64,000 nucleotides of DNA from Eledone cirrhosa (Eukaryota), in the NCBI GenBank assembly GCA_964016885.1, contig OZ024749.1, positions 38,006,001 to 38,070,000 of the forward strand, read 5' to 3'. The notes below the pieces were generated by a model that searched no databases, had not been told where the DNA came from, and was given only the letters and a program-made list of their open reading frames with translations. Positions 53,568 through 64,000 of this stretch are shown here, piece after piece (positions within the stretch are counted from its first letter, which is position 1; every line of letters starts with the position of its first letter). Position numbers and translations under genes: made by a program.

Positions 53568-54643
53568 TGCGCTCTTGTTCATTATAGTCCTCCAAGCCAT
53601 AACAGAGGAGTTTAAGACTGGATTTCCATGGGACCTTCTCTATGCTGATGATCTGGTTCTTATAGCAGAATCAGTAGAGGAGCTAGAGAATAAATTCTGG
53701 CTATGGAAACAGCAATTGGAATCAAGAGGCCTCAGAGTGAACGTAGCTAAAACAAAAGTGTTGATAAGTAGAAGAGAGGACAATACTCTGATTCCATCGG
53801 GGAAATGGCCATGTTCGATATGTAGGAAAGGAACTGGTATAAATTCTATAAAATGTACGCAATGCAGATCTTGGGTACACAAGAGATGTAGTGGGATAGC
53901 AGGCAAACTAACAGGTAGGGAAAACTACGTATGCAGTAGATGTACAGGGAAAGTTGGCAGTATTAATCGCAGCGATAGAAACATTTTTCCAATGCAGGTG
54001 GGTTCTATAGAAGTGGTTGATAGCTTCAGGTACCTAGGTGATCAGATTAGCATGGGAGAGGGGGTGTTCCAAGGCCATAGTATCTAGAATAAGGACGGGC
54101 TGGAAGTAGTTTAGGGAGCTGCTTCCCCTGTTGACTAAGCAGGATTTCTCTCTACGTACGAAAGGACGGTTATATGATGCCTGTGTGAGATGCGCGATGC
54201 TGAATGGTAGTGAGACATGGGCAGCAACTGCAGAAGATATGCGACGGCTGGAGAGAAATGAGGCAAACATGCTCCGTTGGATGTGCAATGCCAATGTGCA
54301 TGAACGACCAAGCATAGACGAGTTGAGAGAGAAACTGGGTATAAGAGGGATAAGTTGTGGTGTGCAGAAGAGAAGGCTGAGATGGTATGGACATGTGACG
54401 CGCATGGAGGATGACCGCTGGGTAAAGAAGTGCCAAGAAATACCAGTAGTAGAAGGTAGACGCAGTAGAGGTAGACCACAAAAATCATGGGTGGAGCTGG
54501 TGAGATCAGACCTTAGATCGCTGAAACTCACCGAGGAGATGACGAAGGACCGTGAGAAGTGGAGAGATGTTGTGCTGAATAGGACCCGTCCAACCCTTGC
54601 AAGCAGGGTAAAGCAGACGTAAATTGATGATGATGATGATGAT
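53568..54643 (+). pseudogene. 5'-truncated RTE-clade LINE with a PHD-like insert in the RT and (TGA)n tail
   Basis: LLFIIVL, LYADDL, KTKV, CSIC..CTQC..WVHKRC..CSRC, FRYLG, then GSETW and LRWYGHVTRM after a frameshift/stop near 54060-54110. Confidence 0.9.
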
Positions 54644-54674
<31 letters not shown>

Positions 54675-54698
54675 GTGTTTATATATATACACATACAT

Positions 54699-55708
<1,010 letters not shown>

Positions 55709-56251
55709 GGGGTGTGAGTGAGTGTGTATATAAACCATAATCACTTTCAGTTTGCCAATTAATTTAACTCATAAATCATGGGCCAACACGAGTGCCATGT
55801 GTCGAATAAGGTAAGACACTTGCCCAATTGACCACAAGATGAGGATATGAGGCTGAACCATACAGCAGACATTCCTGCTCCTTTCATTTATCAAACCACT
55901 GAGCGAAAATAGTTACAACTTTAGTTTCACACCTCAAGGGACATGAACCAGACTTGGAGGATTCTTGCAAGTATTAACCAGTTTTTACATTAATGAAATT
56001 TACTGGAAATTATATATATCATTTCATATTTCTAGGAAAAAGTATTTCATTTGGGAGTAATTTTGAGGAAGATGTTATCTATAACATTTCAAAAAAGTTG
56101 CTGTAGTTAATTAAATGATTTAGTAATTGGATGATTAGTAATATTCACTTTATTAACATGTCTAACATGAATATGTGTGAGCTGAATGTGCAAGCAATTG
56201 TGTGTATCTGTTTCGAAAATGCATGTATGTATGTATACATGTATGTATATA

Positions 56252-56327
<76 letters not shown>

Positions 56328-56342
56328 TATATACATACATGT

Positions 56343-56377
<35 letters not shown>

Positions 56378-56380
<3 letters not shown>

Positions 56381-56595
56381 TGTTATACTTGGGGAGGGTC
56401 ATATTTGTGTAATAATTTTGCCAGAATTAATAACAGAACACACTCACTGTTTAGTTGGTTTTCGCTTCTGTGACTTTTATATCGGTTAATTTAATTTATT
56501 CGGTCTGCACATCTGCAACATCGTCAGTGGTGCTATTGTGTTTCTTCCTGTTGTATTGTATGCCTACGACATCTTTATATGAAATATACTTTATG

Positions 56596-56645
<50 letters not shown>

Positions 56646-56972
56646 CATACAGAAATAAAGATGACGTAGGCATACAATACAACAGGAGGAAACATAATAG
56701 CACCACTGACGATGTTGCAGATGTGCAACGAAAGAACTTTGTTAGACTATATATATGTGTTTGTGTCTATATTATATCTATATTTTTTACCGTTGGTCAG
56801 TCAATAGTAACATTGAAGACCGAATAAATTAAATTAACCGATATAAAAGACACAGAAGCGAAAACCAACCAAACACTGAGTGTGTTCTGTTATTAATTCT
56901 GTCAAAATTATTACACAAGTATAACAATATTTGTTTCGACACACGATTTCATATCAAAAACCTCGCAAAACT
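56378..56972 (+). mobile_element. Family-D fold-back element; hammerhead at 56698-56744
   Basis: CTGACGA-t-GTTGCA GATG TGCAAC-GAAA-GAAC-TT; 56378-56578 is an internally deleted inverse of 56655-56930. Confidence 0.72.
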
Positions 56973-57667
56973 ATATATATATATATATATGTAATACATT
57001 AACAGAGAAAGCTTTAAGCAATACTCCGACCGGCTTCCGTCTCACTCAACAAACATTAGGATATACCTTACAATTATGCGTTTGGGGTGATAACTATACG
57101 TATTTTGCGGATAGCCAGCTGTATTATTTCATATGAGACATAATTAAAATACATCTCTCCTTCCAAACGATCGTTTCATTATAAGTTTTCTACAAATTGG
57201 AAAAATAATGTCCAGGTTATGTAGAAGCCTACACATAGTCCGTAGGTGGGCACTTATAAATCATCAGTGGATGCCCGACAAATATCGATATAAAAAAACC
57301 TTACCGATATTAATGTTCAGGGATGGTACCCCTCCGTGCTAGAATGACTGCCAAATTTGAAATTCCAGCAGTCTCACAATGAGAAATCTCACACTGCCAT
57401 CAAGCGGAAAGGGGAGGTCATCGCAAAACATAAAATAATAAAATAATATGCACGCGGGTCAATTAATTCTTTCAATAATTTTAATCATGCATGAAGAACT
57501 CAATTGGATATAAAAAAAATTAATATATGCATGTATTATTTATACACGCATATAGGTATTTTCTTAGGCTAAAAACAGATAAGATACCGGAAGAACAATC
57601 AATATTTCATACAAAGAATAAATACGGAAAGTCATACCTAAAAAGTATCTGGAAATATTCATCCCTG

Positions 57668-59651
57668 GTTAAGGAACCTGGCAAGGGTGGGGCCCTGATC
57701 AACTTGGATCAATCCAAAGCATTCGATAGGGTCGACCATCGGTACCTGGCGGCGGTCCTCGAGGCAGCCGGTTTCGGGCCCGTTTTCAGGCGTTGGATCG
57801 CAGCAATGTACAGTGACATCTGCTCAGTTGTGAGGGTGAACGGTCACATGTCGCAGCCGTTCAGCATCATGCGCTCAGTCCGCCAGGGTTGTCCCCTCTC
57901 GTCCCTCTTGTACGTATTGGCTCTCGAGCCGTTACTGCACAAACTGGGGGCGATGAGGGGCGTCCCACGCGAACTAGGATGCGGGAAATCCGAGTCGGCT
58001 TACGCTGACGACGTCACCGTGGTGGTGTCGAGCACCAGACACGTCCAGATGCTCGGCACCGCTCTCAAGGAATACGAAACGGCGACAGGAGCAAAGATAA
58101 ACCAGGAAAAGTCGGTGGGCTTGCAGCTAGGCACCTGGAGAGGCAAGTCCATGCCGTCCGACAGCGTCGTGGGGCGTTGGACGGACGGACCGGTTAAATT
58201 GCTCGGGGTCTGGTTCGGACCGGACCTCCAGATGGAGAAAAACTGGAACGAGGTGACGAGTAGGGTGGCCTCCCTCACCCAGAAATGGGCTGAGAGGAAG
58301 CTGTCTCTGAAAGGCCGGGCGGAAGTGGCGAATGCGTACATCGCATCCGTCATCTGCTACCGCCTCACCGTCGTCCCTTGCTCCAGCCCAACTCTCACCA
58401 AAATGGAGCGCCTCCTCTTCCGCTTTTTGTGGAAGGGACGCGCTCCCATGGTCAGACGATCCATCTGCTGTCAACACCCGTTGCGTGGAGGACTGGGCAT
58501 GCCATGGCTGATGATGCGCAAACATGCACTGAGGCTGCGACATCTCTGGTGCTTCCTTGATGGTGAACGGGTGTGGTCGCCGTTCGTCAGGCACATTTTC
58601 CCACAGCTCGTCTCCTTGACGGAGCTGCAGTCCTGGGTCAGAAAAAGACCGAGGGATAGCGCTTGGAAACTGGAATGTCTCCAGGCGCTCACTGCCCTCT
58701 CTCAGTTGGGCACCAGTCTCGGTGGAACATCCACCTCGGCGTTCTATAGAGGACTAGTGGGGGGGGGGAGCGACGACGTTCTCAGAGAGATCCTGGGCGT
58801 CGAAGAAGATCAGCTGCTTGCTCTCTTCCGGAGAACTTTCAGCCCGGGGCCTATGAATAACTTGCAAAAATCCCTGGCCTGACAGTGCCACCGGGGAGCG
58901 CTGCCGGTTCGAGATAAGCTCTACAGGCACGGAAGTGCCGTCAGCCGAGCCTGTCCGAGATGTGCGCATAGCGATGAAACCGTTGTGCAGGCACTCGTTC
59001 AGTGCCCGAGCATTGCTGACTTGTGGAGCTATGTCGAACAGTTGCTGTCACGTGTGGGACTGATCCGGTTGTCGACTGAGTCCATTGTGCAGATGGCCTC
59101 GCCGTCTTTCTTTGAGGAGGAAGGGCAGGCGGTTTTCATCTGCCTGGTGGCCATGGCGAAAGAGATTGTGTGGTGGACAAGGTTAAAAGGATTAAAGACA
59201 AACACTTTCCTCTTCAGTAAATCCCTGATTAACTTTTTCAAGTTTCACTTGAAGAGGAAAATCAGGGTGGAGAGGTAAGTGCTGCTTTCTAGCAAGTTTG
59301 TTGAAAGGTGGGTGAATGTAGCGAGAATGGTCCGAGTGAACGGGACCACTCTGAATATACGTCTGTAGTTTGAGAGATGGAAAAATTGAGAGAGGGCGCT
59401 TGCCCTGGTAGTCAGGGTGGCCGTGGTCTTTTGTGTGGTTTTCGCCACGAGTAACCCTCGGAGGTTTACCCCTATTGGGGAATTTTTCATTGTTTCAATT
59501 TTCATTTTATTGTTTATATATATATATGTTTTGTCTTTTTTCTTTTCTTATATAAATAATAAAAATATTTGCACGCACAAAACCCACATCGTACCGTCCT
59601 GTTCCGTCTGTGATGTTTTTCTTGATGTCAGCCCTTGTGGCCAATAAAGAA
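57668..59651 (+). pseudogene. 5'-truncated Tx1-like LINE, sister family, with (ATT)n tail
   Basis: LDQSKAFDRV, RQGCPLS, AYADD; stops at 58880 and 59276; ORF end at 59368; terminus GCCCTTGTGGCCAATAAAGAAAT. Confidence 0.92.
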
Positions 59652-59739
<88 letters not shown>

Positions 59740-59740
<1 letters not shown>

Positions 59741-60862
59741 AGCTGCATTTATCTTGCTTTATGTTCATACGAGTTATCACCAAGTCACAACCAGTGACCT
59801 CAAGAGACAACAAAGTCCGCCATGTTCAAGAAAGAACATACATACTCACACATGCATCTTAAGGTGTTTTGACTTGTGATGTACTTATATTGACATAATC
59901 TTCCTTAGTATATGGGCAGTTCCCATTAGTACTATCTTTTGTATTTCTCCTATACGCCGGTTTCCTGGGATTTGCGATAAGTAATCATTAGACCCCTTAG
60001 GTATCATTTTAGTTCTCAATTTAGTTCTCAATTTAGTTCTCAATTTAGTTCTCAATTTCCACATTTTTCCAATTTCTATCTCCAGGTCCTTATACTTGCT
60101 CAATTTTTCAAATGTTTTTATAGACACATTCTTGTCTCTTGGAACGGACATATCAATTAGCAGGCATACCCTCTTTTTAAAGTCCTTCAGTATTATATCA
60201 GGTCTATTTGCATCTATTTTTCGGTCTGTTTGGATGCTAAAGTTCCACAAGATTGAGATGTGATCTTTTTCAAGTATGGGAGGTGGTTGATGCTCCCACC
60301 AATTCTTTTGATGGGGCAGGTCAAAATGCTTACAAATTATCCAATGTATGTATTGTGCAGCTCTGTCATGCCTGTTTAGGTATTCGGTTGGAGCTATAGG
60401 ACTGCACATTGAAATTATATGGTCAATGGTCTCTGGTTGTTTTTTACATACACGGCATAATGGGCTGCATCCATTTTTTATTATGTTGGCTTGGTAATTT
60501 TTTGTTGGCAGACACTGATCTTGTGCTGATATAATCAGTCCTTCAGTCTCCGATTTCAGTCCAGAGGATGCCAACCACTGATGGGTTAAAGTTTTGTCAA
60601 CATCAGGATTGTTAGCTCGTTCTGGGTATTTTTCATACAGAGGCTTTTCTTGCCATTTCTTAGCTAGTTTCTGTAGCAGTTCTTTCTTTGCAGTTACTTT
60701 TACCTGTTTTGCTTTTTCTGTGTTTTCCATTTCAGCAGCAAATGGGACTTCTGAAATTTGTAGTCCATTACTGTATCTTTGTGCATCTTTTTAATGGAGT
60801 ATGATCGTTTGATGCTTTCGTGTTTCAAAACGAGTTTGATCATCCAATCATGTGATTCCCTT
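59740..60862 (-). mobile_element. R4/Dong-like non-LTR element, 3' part (CCHC knuckle plus PD-(D/E)xK RLE endonuclease; ORF 59885-60730), inserted in (TAA)n
   Basis: CRVC..ETIDHIISMC, RHD, NRPDI, LIDMSVP, EKLSKYKDL; (ATT)n on both flanks. Confidence 0.9.
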
Positions 60863-60863
60863 A

Positions 60864-60936
<73 letters not shown>

Positions 60937-61474
60937 ATAGATGAAAAAAACATTGTTATCTAGAAAATCGAGATGAAGCGCGAGTATATTATGTATTCAT
61001 AGAAATTATTTGAAAACTCAAAGGCAAGAATAATTTTGTTAAAGCATGCAAATCAGGTTTTGTTCTCTGATCTCTGTCGGTTTATCTGTTCTGTTTCTCA
61101 TGTCATAGCACACACATCATACCTGCAGAGTTGAATATTTTCTTTTGCACGTCTGGCATAAAAATTGTAGTCCTCTCAATTAATTTGTGCGAAACCACAA
61201 GCCAATTTGAGAGCTAACGAAATCAGAGGCATGTTTGATTTTTGTATTGTTAATAACTTTATTCTCAACGCTTATTGTAATTTTGTCTTCCTTCATTTCT
61301 TTTTATAACTTCTATGTGCCAATACGCTTTTCATTTTACTCCTCCGACCCCAATCTTTTCTGTTTCTTTTGCCTGTCTCTCACAAATTTACTTTTCTCAT
61401 TACCAACTACTTAGAGGTGTGTGTGTGTATATATATACATACATACATACATATATATATATATATACACACAC

Positions 61475-61565
<91 letters not shown>

Positions 61566-61844
61566 CAAAAGCACACACAAACATACACACACATATATAT
61601 ACATATACACAAGTATACATATTTTTTATAATGTAGCCATATGTGATAATTTTTCTCCTCACATGATATTACTTTCTCTCCAACTTTTATTTTCTTCTTA
61701 TCAGTAGAATATTTTATGTTAGATATTGCAGGGTTGATTTTGCTGTCGTATGCACACAAACAGAAATGTGCACAAACATGCACAGAGAAATAAATATATA
61801 TATATATATGGGTGGGTGGGTGTGTGTATACATATATATATGTA

Positions 61845-61934
<90 letters not shown>

Positions 61935-61939
61935 TGTGG

Positions 61940-62036
<97 letters not shown>

Positions 62037-62487
62037 CTTGCATGCATATACTCTGACAGATAAAGGTTTGCGAGATTTGGTGTGGCTGTGTGTGTCTATG
62101 TGTTTGTGTGTGTTCCATTTTTTAGTCCCTATATCGTCTATAAAATATTCTCTTTGTATTTCCCGTGTAAAATTGCAATGCTGCTGAGTTAGATTAATAG
62201 GCAGAAGATATCGTTTTTCCCTCTAAAATACTGTAAATAATATTAAATACCAACCAGCAAACAGCGAAGAGTTTATTACGAATTCAACCTTAAGATATCA
62301 TTTATCAAATGTGAAAGAACACAAGAAACCATTTTTTCTTGGCTTCAACAGGAAGAATTTTTAAGACTCTGGGTCAAGATCCTTTTTGGCACACAACAAA
62401 TTATCGATCTATCAGGAATTCTCTTACGATAGTAGGCTGATATATGTATATTGATGTATATATATATATATATACACATACACACAA

Positions 62488-62539
<52 letters not shown>

Positions 62540-62638
62540 TGTATATATATATACATAGATATATATGTATATATATGTGTATATATATACATATATATAA
62601 AATGTATATTTATATGCATATGTATATATCTATATCTA

Positions 62639-62815
<177 letters not shown>

Positions 62816-63210
62816 TTGTGTGAATGTGTGTGAATGTAAAGAAAATATAAGAAATATAAGAAGTATAAAAAGAAGATAGTAAAGAATACAGAAGTCGAGA
62901 AAGCGAAAGCTAGAAAGGAATTGTAAGCAGGAATGAAAAATAATTAAAATCTCGCCACAATGGTTTGAGAGCTATGATAAATGGTTACTAAGGTGATGGA
63001 TTTGATTGTGGCTTAGAAAAGTTTGTTAGTAGATAATTTAGATAACTGTTCTCCTTACCACTCCTTTCCCCGCCGGATATTAGCGTTTGTGGAAATAAAA
63101 TTAATTTTGCATTCACACACACACATTCATATATATGTGTATATAATTTTGTATATGTTATTATATATATATATACACACACATATATATATATATATAT
63201 ACATACACAC

Positions 63211-63309
<99 letters not shown>

Positions 63310-63356
63310 AAGGAAAAGCGAAGTAGTTTCAGATGTTCAAGTCCTTTAATAATAAT

Positions 63357-63503
63357 TGTTTCTACTATTGGCACAAGGCCAGCAATTACCCAGTACATTA
63401 CTGGTACTTTATTTTATCGACCCCCCGTAAGGATGAAAGGCAAAGTTAACCTCGGCAGGATTTGAACTCAGAATGGAAAGGGATGTAACTCTTTGCGTCA
63501 AAG
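63357..63503 (-). mobile_element. 5'-truncated S1 SINE with 19-bp TSD
   Basis: CAAGT(C/T)CTTTAATAATAAT at 63338-63356 and 63504-63522. Confidence 0.9.
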
Positions 63504-63606
63504 CAAGTTCTTTAATAATAATGCTGTGATATATATTTCAGTGACGACACTGGCTATGTGGAAAAAGTACGTTGAGTGCTTGAATTGAATTGCATCAATA
63601 TTTACC

Positions 63607-63645
<39 letters not shown>

Positions 63646-63648
<3 letters not shown>

Positions 63649-63785
63649 TTTAAGCAAAGAATCGCTGCTTTCACCCTTAACGGGATCTTCAGAAGATCCC
63701 GTTAAGGGTGAAAGCACCGATTCTTTGCTTGAACTTTAATCTGTTATTTTAATAAATATTCGCTCTAGGGTTTCTATATATTTGA
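63646..63785. mobile_element. Fold-back PLE end centred on a hammerhead core
   Basis: 45-bp arms 63646-63690/63692-63736; minus strand reads CTGAAGA-TCCCGTTAAGGGT-GAAA-GCA..TGC-TT; same family at 51355-51440. Confidence 0.78.
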
Positions 63786-63804
63786 TATATATATATATCA
63801 TCAT

Positions 63805-63947
<143 letters not shown>

Positions 63948-64000
63948 CAATTTTGTATATATTAATATATTATTATGTATATATGTATATATATGTATAT

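Noticed and set aside
55751-55810. 60-nt AG..GTAAGA candidate exon on the plus strand
   Set aside because: Only splice-like motifs, no recognisable protein; expected by chance in 64 kb
57527-57667. N-terminus of the 451-aa ORF as a host-LINE fusion
   Set aside because: AT-rich flank read through by chance into a truncated RT; the element has downstream stops

Overview
Repeat-saturated, AT-rich animal genomic DNA. The SINE families and the (TA)n/(TG)n/(TATC)n load suggest an octopus or other cephalopod, but that is inference. No host gene can be supported, and most ORFs in the track are microsatellite translations. Real coding content is all retroelement: (1) a young, apparently intact Penelope-like element (PLE, Neptune-like RT plus GIY-YIG) at 14371-22510, a partial tandem closed by an inverted pLTR, with an extra 449-aa ORF1 overlapping the RT frame at an in-phase U_UUU_UUA -1 slippery site; (2) Naiad-like and decayed PLE fragments; (3) Tx1/L1-clade LINEs associated with (TATC)n and (ATT)n; (4) an R4/Dong-like RLE element nested in (TAA)n; (5) RTE fragments, one with a PHD-like finger inside the RT. 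The main non-coding signal is about 16 type-I hammerhead ribozyme motifs from about 9 sequence families, mostly inside short fold-back elements whose ends stop in (TA)n. This suggests a (TA)n-targeted, twin-primed PLE/ribozyme system. Many tRNA-derived SINEs (several with TSDs) and two MITEs are also present. Coordinates were read by eye and element edges are approximate.
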